Source of the DNA: a virus
DNA: 64,000 bases
Direction: 5' to 3' (one strand)
Virus record (IMG/VR): IMGVR_UViG_3300045988_171858
Below the pieces are notes generated by a model. The model was not told where the DNA came from. It was given only the letters and a program-made list of their open reading frames with translations, and made no database searches. The translations under genes and the position numbers were made by a program. This document shows, piece by piece, positions 19,301 to 28,723 of the stretch (positions are counted from its first letter, which is position 1; each line of letters starts with the position of its first letter).

Positions 19301-21398
19301 TCAAAAAATGTCCTGGATGGCTATGGATAGATTCGACCATCTTACAAACTCACACGAGCTAAAAGATGCCCTTACAACTCTAAATATGGATGCCATATAC
19401 GAAGCTAAAGCCAGAGGCATGGAGCTTGAGAGCGGACATGAGTTCTCTCAAGTGTTTGATGCAGATGAAAGAGAGCGGGCCATTCAAATTGAAGACCTAT
19501 TCAACAAGGATGAAACAAAACGACTTAAGGCCTTCGAAAACGGCGGCTCTTTGAGCCATGTAAAACCTCAGGATGGCATCTTAAATATCAACCTGCCAGT
19601 TCCAAAAGGAATGAGCAAAGAGTTCAAGGGGCAAAAATCCCTATCTATTCCAATCCTAGATAGCAACATAAGCGGATACGCAGAGCTTCCAAATGGCAAA
19701 GATGCCACAAAAGAAGCTACAAAGATGAGAAGAAATCTTCTACTCTCTTTATCCGATTACATGAACGCTAAGGGTGTTGGTGGCGTAGCAGAAGAGTTTG
19801 CCGCAACAGCCTATATGAACGCCTTTAAAGAATATAGGGATTTCCAGAAGCAAACAGGTTCTTCTCTTAAAAAAGCAGCCGCAGGTCGGAATTATAGGAA
19901 TGCCTCATACTCAACCGTTCAGCCTCTAAATAGTGCGCAGCAAGCAGTCTTTGACGACGGTATGAATAAGGATAAACTTAGAGTCTTTGTAACCGAAGAA
20001 GCCGCAGCAGAATACGGGCTTGATAAGAAGAGGTTCGAATATCAAGAAATCGGCGATAGCGGTATGTTCAGAGTTATAGACAAAGAAACTAAACATCCTG
20101 TACAAGGCTTGTTTACTCGCGAACCTGCAACTGGTCCGAACTCTGTTCTTAGCACAGAGCTTGTCGTAGACAGAAATATGGGCAAAGGTATGGCAGTCGG
20201 GATGGATGCTCAGATGATGAAATTAAACTCTGGCGACTTTGACGACGATAAAGCTATTATCTCCGTATTGGATCCTAAGTCCAAGGACTTCTCTAAAAAC
20301 AATAAAGGGATGGTCAACATCATGAAGCGCCAAGCAGAAATGGTAAAAAGCCACAAAGATGCTATCACTAAGCTTACACCCAAGCTGAATGAAAGCAATA
20401 AAAAATTTACCAATATCTCCGGCGTTGGTGATGCTACAAAAAAACTTATCGACAACATCATGTCCGGTAAGGAACGTGACATCGAGGCTCCAAGAGTAAC
20501 TGCATTCCATCAATTGGTAGAAGGTTCTCTCAAACGCGCCAAAGACGAAGAGATGAAAACTCTTGCTATGGCAGACATGGATGATGCTGCAAGAAAAGCC
20601 GCAATGTCAGAAGTAAGAGCCAGATATTACATCGCTGAACAGACAGCCTACCTTATGCAGGAGAATACGCTTAAGTCGGTTCGTCTTGCAAATAAGGGTG
20701 GTCTATCCACAAGTCTTATGGAACAGATTGACGAGTTTATGGCAGAGAACCGTGGCAAACACGCGAACTATAATAAACTCGGAGATGTTATCGGTAGTTT
20801 CATGGAGTCGCTATATCAGCATAGTGACGATGATGTAGGTAGGTCTATTCAGGATGCAATCAATACTGTCAGGAAATCTGTTGGAAAATACGGCAAAGTG
20901 ATAGCAGACAGCCCAATAGAAATGGTTGGCGGTAAAGGATTTAATGCAAATTCCAATGCAGCAGCAATAGCCGCAGCAGCTAGAAATAGCAGCGCAGCAG
21001 AGGCCGCAGCATTGCCTTTTGAGGCGAATCCTAGTACCATTAATAGAATAGAAGACGGTGCTTATAGTGTTTTAGAAACGCTAAAGCATAACAAAAACAA
21101 ACTTATCCTTGGCGCGGCGGGGATGGCTGGACTTGCTATGATTAGCAGGTCAGAAGCTCCAAACCCAAGCTCACCTATGTATAACTCCCCTGTTGCCAGA
21201 ACCAATCCCGTATTGGAAGGTAGAACATCAGAAACCAGCTATGTAAAAGACTGGGGTAACGATCCTAACTCTGTTACCATTAACGGTCATGTTATTAACG
21301 GATTCTCAGATACAAGGATTAAACAGGGTCTAAGAGGCCTGATACAAGGTGATACAAACCAAAGGTCAACAGTAACATTTGACAATAGAAATTACTAA
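16395..21398 (+). CDS. giant virion protein with two-barrel RNA-polymerase-like motifs
   Basis: 1667 aa with N- and C-terminal hydrophobic segments. SSRGQKM at 19290-19310 resembles the beta/Rpb2 SRHGQKG motif. REP-x36-NSGDFDDD (20118-20249) resembles beta-prime NRAPTLH-x28-NADFDGD. Confidence 0.45.
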   Translation: MAINNLVLGGAAAGFMAGDPIDSPISSIAGIGLGALIGSSIEVVKSNRKERTPRGSADIRVDHTKLNSKANRTFTEDNYAAEMQRQAKRHSAMTRYSGRRSIREVTAEAQKNRGIITDSMRTAAVERANSSVSKWESAVLHNFNSLSNMDLSETLGQSGAMKFIRGEYTADELSNLVVSGKLTDEHFKILRRASSNELISSEVKAGEINYSSKLRTVDMSWVKNKEVPNIGSLSIDRTASKEEKINALKGYLSGTLGHDDAFAERFAHNISNFYPGAAIDISNSDISIKMPNGETIKDLIPEKRNGVLQYSKNGNIYEAKLYQPFADSIGATLGGIEMASLSSDGKSVIISSSIADSTVIDGFTNLEVAGFRGHVEGTPYGKALEQMQSLGAYVGPDDGENVVRAPSLDTKLQFNPSDTGKIVRMKDASSLEGQRRTYNVINQAMIGQTGLSAIPSNLRSRTYSVSSAYQAEQAVAGIAPHPERSTGTVSRGTVIDLANTTHEDTRRIAQASKLLVEQGLGHNFSGAILASIVGHNSSFNNTIGSAVMGMVLEDGKTEQMLKGIHLNAPGTVRLGQGAFTGTEEQIAKMAQIQNGNNVSYKGGESIGFFGGKEYTIPKTVDSFTVSRIENTRDGYKFVGNNNVVTDTDSNSGIKIFNDVKSTSTHRTERDFALKEIIDRFEREGSISMENGSIVVSSRDTRNLERHNQLQKVLPEGRSRFSPKEFRGAIEKFVEQNGAELDVALAKVRNTYKDINVRSEDFKTGYTLQGLEVSNFRDKDQINRAKNVIVEVITNSGLDVSGELPEDAPQALKDLQHSFNKLSEAGLDSNEAGNEVKRARASLFAAKAIEDPKFSNIALGTMLGNLSQAHDKALKRGNSVTLNFALGDGTSVPIHVGKGNDISSAMAELIKASSKRQNMYAAGKISYDQLYGAIKGDYTGLESLGSKMSLYNLAGLRPGTAALTGESSRGQKMSWMAMDRFDHLTNSHELKDALTTLNMDAIYEAKARGMELESGHEFSQVFDADERERAIQIEDLFNKDETKRLKAFENGGSLSHVKPQDGILNINLPVPKGMSKEFKGQKSLSIPILDSNISGYAELPNGKDATKEATKMRRNLLLSLSDYMNAKGVGGVAEEFAATAYMNAFKEYRDFQKQTGSSLKKAAAGRNYRNASYSTVQPLNSAQQAVFDDGMNKDKLRVFVTEEAAAEYGLDKKRFEYQEIGDSGMFRVIDKETKHPVQGLFTREPATGPNSVLSTELVVDRNMGKGMAVGMDAQMMKLNSGDFDDDKAIISVLDPKSKDFSKNNKGMVNIMKRQAEMVKSHKDAITKLTPKLNESNKKFTNISGVGDATKKLIDNIMSGKERDIEAPRVTAFHQLVEGSLKRAKDEEMKTLAMADMDDAARKAAMSEVRARYYIAEQTAYLMQENTLKSVRLANKGGLSTSLMEQIDEFMAENRGKHANYNKLGDVIGSFMESLYQHSDDDVGRSIQDAINTVRKSVGKYGKVIADSPIEMVGGKGFNANSNAAAIAAAARNSSAAEAAALPFEANPSTINRIEDGAYSVLETLKHNKNKLILGAAGMAGLAMISRSEAPNPSSPMYNSPVARTNPVLEGRTSETSYVKDWGNDPNSVTINGHVINGFSDTRIKQGLRGLIQGDTNQRSTVTFDNRNY

Positions 21399-21407
21399 GA
21401 GAAGAAT

Positions 21408-24400
21408 ATGGCAAGATTTACTTTTTCTATCAACGGAATGCTAGATTTAGAACCAATCTCATTCGACAAGGTTGATAAGTTTTATACAACCCAGCACGAA
21501 TTCCTACGAGATACTTCGGTTCTAACTTCTAAATCCAGATATAGCGAGATGCTTCATCTTGCCACATTCGCATTTGATGCCTCGGATGCTAAAGACATTG
21601 AAAGGCTTCAAACGCTAATTGCTATCTGCAACTCATTTCCATATGTATTCATTCGTTCAGATGCGATTGTTGAAAATCATTTGATGCCCTTGAATCTAGC
21701 AATAGGTTCTGGGTATTACATGTATGCACTGCATGAGTTTCAGGCAGAAATGTCTTCAACTGATGCAGACCAGGGTGTAGTTACAGTTTCCCTAAGACTG
21801 CAAATGGTAAACTGGAAACCTCTCGCCAAGAGTATTAAATTCATCTCAATCGAAGAGGGCTCAGAAGTTAAGACTAAATCTGGCAAAGTCAGAAATATTT
21901 CCGAATATAATGGCGAAGATGGAGACCAGGTTGTTTCTACCGGCAGCTATGTGAAATACGTTGATAACCCAGAAGAGTCCAATCTTCTTAACTACATGGT
22001 TGAGAAAAATACGAGTGAAGATATTGAGGCTCTTCTTAACTCAGGTCTAAGTCGCTCGTTTGAATTTAATCTTGGATGGCCTCTTGTTATGACGGACATC
22101 CAATTTGAGGGTAGGCCAAAATCAGATTTCTGCTGGAATCTTGTTCGACAGTTCAGAACATTAAAGACGGTAGACCTAGAAGGCTCTTTGCAGACAAAAG
22201 AAGGCAAGAAAACGTCTCAAGCAAATATCTCAGAAGTAACAGACGACAATGCCGAACGTTACGATGAGACTGGTAGAATTTGGGTCGGATATGTAAGAGA
22301 AAGGCTTGCAGGCACCAATGTCAAAGACGGCGGCGTGGCATTACAATCAATTACCGTCAGACGCAGAAATAGATTTGCCAATCAAACAGTTCAAGGTTTC
22401 GTATACCCATATGCACAATATCTTGGACGTTCTCCTTCTGAAGTTCTAATTACAACTGCCGTTAATCATACTAAAGGCATGGCATCTACAACCGCCATGC
22501 AAGCAATCAAAAAAGCCGACGAGATGACAAACTATGTAAGGGTGTCAACGCCGGCATTAAAAGGGCTAGATGTACTTGCAATCGAAAATCCCCTAGTAAA
22601 TGGTCTAGGCATTAAATATGCAATCCTAGACTCATCTCATGCAACCACATCTGGTTCACTAAATAATCTCCTAATCAACAACTTCACCTTTATTGAATCT
22701 GATTCTTACGGCGCAATAGAATCCAGTAGATACGTACTAGCATCTTCTGTTAACGGATGGAATGACTCTGCCAATAAAGCACAAAGACTAATTGATGTGA
22801 TCGGACAGTATCGCGCCCTTAAAAAAGACGGCTCAAGTACATCCGAATACAACAATATGATTTCCATGATAAACAGTCGCTTGGCTGACGCATTGGATAA
22901 ATCGGCTAAGGCAGAGCTATCAGAAGCTAAATCACTTCAAGAGTCCGATGTCTACAAAAAGGCAGACGACACTCAGAAATCTGTATATATCACTCAATTA
23001 TATTTACAGCTCGTATCAGCCAATACTGCCTCAGGTTCGGAAGAGCGTATAACACTGGAGCGTATAAGACTTCTAGATTCAGAAATGGAATCGTTGTATT
23101 TCGAGGTTATCACTAACCTTAATCCAATTACAATTAAGGGTTTAAAAGAAGACCTTAAAAAAGAAAAGGATTGGATTGACAAACTTGAAGGCAATTATAC
23201 GTCGTTCAATGGAGAGGGCATTCCGGATTTAAGAATTAAAGAAATCTTTGAGAACCTAACTCCAACAAAAGAGTACAAAAGCTGGAAAGACCTGTCGTCA
23301 TTCCCATTTATCTATGACCAAGGCATTCTATCTCCGGATAAAGTAGTAGCATACTGGGATGAAAAACTTCCAGAAATCAACAAGTTGCTGGAAGCAACAG
23401 GCGCGTTAATCAAAACAGACCTAAATATTTACACAACTGCTCCAGCTATGAATGATGCCGGAGGTAACTCAACTACCGGTGCATCGGTTATGGTTCAAAA
23501 CCCGGACGGCGGAACTTCTCCAAAACGTAAAGCAAACGTAGAATTGGTCTACACCAGAGACCAGTATGAACGTGACTACAAGGTAAGCACAGGTTCAAAT
23601 AAACGTTTACTCCCATTGGAAAGCATCGTAGCTTATACAAGGCTTGGTAGGGACTTGCAGAACTTTGGTGGACGGCATATGGGGTTAGATATGCCAGTAC
23701 CAGTAGGATCGCCTGTACGTGTTGCCGATGATGGTGTTGTAGCCGTAGCTAAGTTCCAGATGAATAAAAATGGTAAGCGCGGATACGGTAACGTAATCTA
23801 TGTTAAGCATGCAAACGGAATCGAAACTAGATATGCCCACTTAAGCCGCATTCTCGTAAGAGAGGGTTCTCGTGTTGGTAGAGGTCAGGTAATTGGACTA
23901 TCAGGTAACACTGGTGGTTCTACAGGCCCGCACCTTCACTATGAAATCAGAATTAATGACAAGGTGATTAGTCCCAAGGCTTACTACGGCAAATCTACAA
24001 ACGGCCCATCCTCTATTGCGACATCATCAAAAACAAACTCTTCTTATTCCGCAGCAGCATACGCAAGAGGCGGCTCAAGAGCAAGGTCAAGCATTATGAC
24101 CTTAAAAGAGTTTATCTCTGCTGGTGAAAGTGGAGGCAGTTATGATATTGCCAACTGGTATATAGGCAAAAGGTTAAGCTCAGGTAATAGAGGCATCTCT
24201 AATAAGACAGTGGCCCAAGTAATGGCTATGCAGAGCGCAGGGCAGCTTTACGCGGTTGGGAAATACCAAACCATACCTGTAACTCTTAGAGCTGCTGTAC
24301 AAGGCCTACGGCTGCCTGGAAGCACACCTATGTCTCCATCCGTTCAAGAAAAGATCGGAACATGGTTAATCTTCAATAAACGTCCTGCACTAGGTGCTTA

Positions 24401-27293
24401 TATTAGAGGCGAAAGTAATGACCTTGATAAGGCACACAGAGAGTTTGCATTAGAATGGCGCTCTATTCCAATGCCCAATGGCCGTTCAGCAAGTGCAAGC
24501 GGCGATAAAGTTCACGCCGGTTACACTCCAGAAAGAGTAAGACAGGCACTACTTGCAGCAAGAGCAGCGTATGTTAAATCGCTGTCTAGCGGCAAGAATA
24601 AGGAGCAGGCACAGGAAGAGGCTGTTGCGTCAACCGCGCTTGCAAGGGTTTCTGCCGGTGAAGATGTGTCAAAGGTTGCTGAAGGTTACATTAACGAACT
24701 TTATGCTGGCCGTGAAAAAGACCCAATCGAAGCAATTGTAGACCCAGTTCCATGGACAGAGGAAATTCAAGCTAAGTCTAGGCTTGAAAACTTTGTCAAA
24801 GACCTGAATCGAGGAATCCAAAAATTGATTCCGACATACAAGGTTTATATGGTTCACGGTAATGACGAAAACAGTTTGATTAACCTAATCAACTATCGTC
24901 AACATGCATCATACTACGAAGTTCCTGCAGTTAGAAACATTCGCGTAGAAATGGCAAATCAGGATAACCCTGTTGCTGTCGCTACATTTGAAGTTCTTAA
25001 TGCTTTAAATACAGCTTCTGATCCTAAAGAAATCAGAGCCTTAAAGCCTGAGAATGTGGATATACGCTCCTTAAACTCTGACGCGGCCCGTATTATTTCA
25101 ATGGACCAAATCAGACTCAAAGCTGGCAATAAAATCCAGATTAGAATGGGATACGGGAACGATCCTAATAAGCTGTCTGTTGTATTTAATGGAATCGTAA
25201 CAGAGTCTGACGGCGGAGAAGTTCTGACAATTGTAGCAGAAGGCTTCGGTAGAGAGCTTCAAAACGAGCAATTGTTTATCGGCGATGTAGTGCCAACATT
25301 CTCTTTCCTTTCCGATATTGACAACCTCTATGTATCAGCAGCGGTGGCTAAAGTTCTTAAGTCGGCTAATCTAGATAGCTTTGGTAGAAACCCAAGATGG
25401 TTTGCAGACAATGCAGACTTTAGAGATGTAAGAGGTATGAGCAACGAAACTGCCGCTTCAACCCTCGTTGGTGATAGCGGCATAGGGTTCAGTAATTCTC
25501 TATGGAATTCACAGCTAGACGAATACTTCTTCTATTCTGCAAAAGGCGCAACGGAGAGCCTGGAAAACTTCTGGCTTATGAATGTTGATATGGCAGACCG
25601 ATTCTTTGTTACAAGCCTAAAAGACCTGTTCCCATTCTCGCTGAATGATTTCTTCTCAAACTTCAATGTTGTTAATAAGACTGTTTGGGATGTATTAACA
25701 ACCGGCCGCCGCATGTTCCCATCATCTGTCCTATTGGTTAAAAACATCGAAGGACGCTCTACAACATTCGCAGGGATTAAAGAGCAGATGATGATAGGTA
25801 AAGAAAAGCCAACATCATTAGCAGCAGAACTGCTATCCAAGATTCAGAAGAAAGCAGACTTCAAGAAAGAGGCAGACTCAGCCCTAGCTGGAGACACCAC
25901 AGGTATCGGCCAATTCGTAGCAGAAAACGAACTAAAAGAGAAGACAAAGATCATTGGAGAGCAAACATTAAAAAACAATGGCTCCGATATTATTGACTTA
26001 CTGGATGCGGCAAACGCAGACAAATACGTCGACATCTCCTCTTATGTTCCTGCTACAAACTTCCATATGATTAACAGTTCTTACAATCTAATTTCAAATC
26101 AACTAAGACTAGACCAGAACTGTATCACTGGCGCTAAAGTAGAATACAATAGCGACCCAGAGGATTTTGGATACGGAGAGAATATCTTTGATATGAAAGC
26201 AAACGGCGGCCTTAAAGGTTCGCTTGCCAAGTTCGGATATATCAACGATAACTCCATTAGCTCTGTTGGTATGGCTATCAAAACTGCTCAAGGTTATTTA
26301 CTAGAAGAACTGGAAAAGATGTATGATGGTGCGGTTATCATTACCGGTAATCCGGACGTTCAGCCTGGCGACTATGCATTCATTCAAGATGACCTGAGAA
26401 ATATGTCGGGTGTGATTAAATGCCGCGAAGTTCAGCATGTATTTACAGACTTCGACGGGTATGTAACAATCATTACCCCAGGTATGTTTGTAGAGCCGTC
26501 AACTCATATGTATTCAAATTTGTATATGAAACTTGGCATCTTTATGAACTTTGTTTCAACAGCAGCATCTGAGTACGCTCAGGTGTCAAGCGCAGAAACA
26601 ATTCCAGGTCTAATCTATGAGCAAACAGCATTCCAACCAACTGACCTTGGTGCTTCCGTATACCTTCTTGGCGTAGGAAACGTTGCAGTAGGTGGACTAT
26701 CAGCAGCTTTGACGTATGGTGCGGCAAGTCGTATACTTGGTGGCCCTGCCATAAGTAGGGGCCTATCATTGGCAGCACGGGCAGGTAAGGCCGTTGCAGG
26801 TGCAGGTTGGGTTCGCTCATTAGCACACACGGCAATGTCATTTGGTTCTTCTGTTGGTTCAAAAGCACTACAAGTTCTACCAAGAGCAGCTAAGGTTATA
26901 TCGGCAGTCCGGAGCGTAATTGCAGGCGGAAGATCATTAGCATTAGCAGCAGCTGGTGCTGCGGCAGGAGGATTCATTGCCACGGCAGCAGTATCGGCCC
27001 TTGTAGTGGTTCTTGTATATGGTGCACTGGCCATGGTACAAAACCTAATTGAATCATATGCACTTAAACTCGAAATGAGACACCGTGCATTGATGAAATT
27101 CCCAGTCAAGGTTTATGGCCAAGAATACACAGCAGGCTTAACAGGATGGAATGATACAGAGACTCCATTAGAATTACAAATAGAGACAGTAAAAGAAAGC
27201 ATTAGGGCTTTAGGCGACATCAGCGAGGCTTCAACTCGGGCCGGTTACGATGGTTCTAAATATGCCTTATATTTTAAACTAGCTACGGATTAA
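21408..27293 (+). CDS. giant baseplate-hub / cell-wall-degrading protein (M23 peptidase + lysozyme-like + gpD/gp27-like + C-terminal hydrophobic region)
   Basis: M23 motifs HMGLD...YGNVIYVKH...GNTGGSTGPHLHYE at 23667-23951. GESGGSYD...AVGKYQ lytic-transglycosylase-like segment at 24096-24480. IQIRMGYGNDPNKLSVVFNGIV hub-like segment at 25110-25250. Ala/Gly-rich hydrophobic stretch at about 26630-27045. Confidence 0.65.
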   Translation: MARFTFSINGMLDLEPISFDKVDKFYTTQHEFLRDTSVLTSKSRYSEMLHLATFAFDASDAKDIERLQTLIAICNSFPYVFIRSDAIVENHLMPLNLAIGSGYYMYALHEFQAEMSSTDADQGVVTVSLRLQMVNWKPLAKSIKFISIEEGSEVKTKSGKVRNISEYNGEDGDQVVSTGSYVKYVDNPEESNLLNYMVEKNTSEDIEALLNSGLSRSFEFNLGWPLVMTDIQFEGRPKSDFCWNLVRQFRTLKTVDLEGSLQTKEGKKTSQANISEVTDDNAERYDETGRIWVGYVRERLAGTNVKDGGVALQSITVRRRNRFANQTVQGFVYPYAQYLGRSPSEVLITTAVNHTKGMASTTAMQAIKKADEMTNYVRVSTPALKGLDVLAIENPLVNGLGIKYAILDSSHATTSGSLNNLLINNFTFIESDSYGAIESSRYVLASSVNGWNDSANKAQRLIDVIGQYRALKKDGSSTSEYNNMISMINSRLADALDKSAKAELSEAKSLQESDVYKKADDTQKSVYITQLYLQLVSANTASGSEERITLERIRLLDSEMESLYFEVITNLNPITIKGLKEDLKKEKDWIDKLEGNYTSFNGEGIPDLRIKEIFENLTPTKEYKSWKDLSSFPFIYDQGILSPDKVVAYWDEKLPEINKLLEATGALIKTDLNIYTTAPAMNDAGGNSTTGASVMVQNPDGGTSPKRKANVELVYTRDQYERDYKVSTGSNKRLLPLESIVAYTRLGRDLQNFGGRHMGLDMPVPVGSPVRVADDGVVAVAKFQMNKNGKRGYGNVIYVKHANGIETRYAHLSRILVREGSRVGRGQVIGLSGNTGGSTGPHLHYEIRINDKVISPKAYYGKSTNGPSSIATSSKTNSSYSAAAYARGGSRARSSIMTLKEFISAGESGGSYDIANWYIGKRLSSGNRGISNKTVAQVMAMQSAGQLYAVGKYQTIPVTLRAAVQGLRLPGSTPMSPSVQEKIGTWLIFNKRPALGAYIRGESNDLDKAHREFALEWRSIPMPNGRSASASGDKVHAGYTPERVRQALLAARAAYVKSLSSGKNKEQAQEEAVASTALARVSAGEDVSKVAEGYINELYAGREKDPIEAIVDPVPWTEEIQAKSRLENFVKDLNRGIQKLIPTYKVYMVHGNDENSLINLINYRQHASYYEVPAVRNIRVEMANQDNPVAVATFEVLNALNTASDPKEIRALKPENVDIRSLNSDAARIISMDQIRLKAGNKIQIRMGYGNDPNKLSVVFNGIVTESDGGEVLTIVAEGFGRELQNEQLFIGDVVPTFSFLSDIDNLYVSAAVAKVLKSANLDSFGRNPRWFADNADFRDVRGMSNETAASTLVGDSGIGFSNSLWNSQLDEYFFYSAKGATESLENFWLMNVDMADRFFVTSLKDLFPFSLNDFFSNFNVVNKTVWDVLTTGRRMFPSSVLLVKNIEGRSTTFAGIKEQMMIGKEKPTSLAAELLSKIQKKADFKKEADSALAGDTTGIGQFVAENELKEKTKIIGEQTLKNNGSDIIDLLDAANADKYVDISSYVPATNFHMINSSYNLISNQLRLDQNCITGAKVEYNSDPEDFGYGENIFDMKANGGLKGSLAKFGYINDNSISSVGMAIKTAQGYLLEELEKMYDGAVIITGNPDVQPGDYAFIQDDLRNMSGVIKCREVQHVFTDFDGYVTIITPGMFVEPSTHMYSNLYMKLGIFMNFVSTAASEYAQVSSAETIPGLIYEQTAFQPTDLGASVYLLGVGNVAVGGLSAALTYGAASRILGGPAISRGLSLAARAGKAVAGAGWVRSLAHTAMSFGSSVGSKALQVLPRAAKVISAVRSVIAGGRSLALAAAGAAAGGFIATAAVSALVVVLVYGALAMVQNLIESYALKLEMRHRALMKFPVKVYGQEYTAGLTGWNDTETPLELQIETVKESIRALGDISEASTRAGYDGSKYALYFKLATD

Positions 27294-27294
27294 T

Positions 27295-27978
27295 ATGTCA
27301 ACAGTCCTAGTAAATAAATCTGGGGCTGACTTTACAAGAGTCGGCTCCATACAATCTGTTTCAATTCAGGGAACTCAACTATTTGCCGTAATCAGACTTG
27401 AGGGTGAGCCCATGCGGGATATGATGGGAAACACTGTCAGCTGCGGTCGGCATCTAGTCGGGCTTCCAAGATATGCCCCAGAAAGCACAGCAACAATGGC
27501 AGAGCTATTGATACCAATCAACATTAATAGCTCTGTTCAGGCTATAGACCCAAAGACACTTATCGACTGTCGCGTAATGGTATTTTTCACATCAACAGGA
27601 TTTCCTGAAGGTGCAACCATTATTAATAATTCAGATGCACGAGTTATGACTAGGCGGGAGTTATTTGATTTGCGGTCTAGGAATAAGGATGGTATAATAG
27701 ACCAACTGACAAAGAAAGAAGTCCAGGCAGTAAGCAATGAGGCCTCCAAAAATCTGGAGGTTATTCAAAGCGAGGTCTATGACCCCAGATTCCATAAGGG
27801 CGCAGTAGGTGTATATGGCAGCGAACAAAGCATGTTTGTAGCAGCTCCATCACACCAGTCTCAATATGTAGATTTCTCAACCCGTATTGACAAGAAGTAC
27901 ACAATACTGGACGTACAAAAAGAAACAAGAACAAAAGACTGCTATATGCCCGCAACAGTTTTCACAGGACGTAGTTAA
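27295..27978 (+). CDS. hypothetical baseplate-module protein
   Basis: 227-aa ORF, 1 nt after the hub gene and coupled (ATG overlapping TAA) to the next ORF. Confidence 0.55.
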   Translation: MSTVLVNKSGADFTRVGSIQSVSIQGTQLFAVIRLEGEPMRDMMGNTVSCGRHLVGLPRYAPESTATMAELLIPININSSVQAIDPKTLIDCRVMVFFTSTGFPEGATIINNSDARVMTRRELFDLRSRNKDGIIDQLTKKEVQAVSNEASKNLEVIQSEVYDPRFHKGAVGVYGSEQSMFVAAPSHQSQYVDFSTRIDKKYTILDVQKETRTKDCYMPATVFTGRS

Positions 27979-28304
27979 TGTCTCTCATTCTAAGACCATC
28001 TCCAACGAGCTCAACGGTCATCGATGTAAGAGAAGATGTAACTGCTGTATCAGCAGGCTCAATGTCTGTTTCAGTTCATAAGGATTACGGGACGTTTGTT
28101 AACGGCCCGTTTTCTGTATCTGCATCTCCAACATCAATGACATTCGGCGGATTCTACAAATTCAATCCGGTAGCCTTATCTGGTATGCCGTCTACAATCA
28201 TTACTCCAGTTCCAACATTTGAAGTTACAGTTCCAACAAAAAATATCGGGACACAACAAATATTAAACTCCATCGTGGTAAGCACCATTACGGGGATCTT
28301 TTAA
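27978..28304 (+). CDS. small hypothetical baseplate-module protein
   Basis: 108-aa ORF translationally coupled on both sides. Confidence 0.5.
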   Translation: MSLILRPSPTSSTVIDVREDVTAVSAGSMSVSVHKDYGTFVNGPFSVSASPTSMTFGGFYKFNPVALSGMPSTIITPVPTFEVTVPTKNIGTQQILNSIVVSTITGIF

Positions 28305-28723
28305 TGTACTCTAAGAATATACAAAGAGACCTTCGTATGGATAAATACGGGGACATCTCATTCAGCGGATACGACATTAAAACCACAAGAAACGAAAATG
28401 ATATTGTCGTTCAGAATTCCGCTCATAGAATCATGACCAGTCATAGAGATTTATTTTTGCATAGACTATATGGTGCTAATCTCCAATCCTTTATTGGTAG
28501 AAAGATTAACCAAGCTCTTGCAACAGAAATCCAACGGTCTATTGTAGATTCGTTAACATCAGACAATTTTTTAAACGCATCTCAGCTCTCAGTTATTCCA
28601 ATTCTTGATAGAGATAAAATCTTCTTCAAAATATCAGTTGGAACAACAGGAGATTTCCTTACAAATAGGGAAAACGAGTTGAATATAGTCTTCAGTCCTT
28701 CTGGAGGAATTAGATATGTTTAG
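28304..28723 (+). CDS. baseplate wedge protein, gp25/GpW-like
   Basis: 139 aa. VVQNSAHRIMTSHRDLFLHRLYGANLQSFIG...EIQRSIVDSL fits the GPW/gp25 pattern. It sits before a J-like gene. Confidence 0.5.
   Translation: MYSKNIQRDLRMDKYGDISFSGYDIKTTRNENDIVVQNSAHRIMTSHRDLFLHRLYGANLQSFIGRKINQALATEIQRSIVDSLTSDNFLNASQLSVIPILDRDKIFFKISVGTTGDFLTNRENELNIVFSPSGGIRYV

Noticed and set aside
26615-27109. 164-aa minus-strand ORF (plus 26542-26883) inside the 1961-aa gene
   Set aside because: It lies antisense to the locally GC-rich Ala/Gly-rich coding stretch, where stop-free antisense frames arise by composition. The + strand ORF is continuous and motif-bearing.
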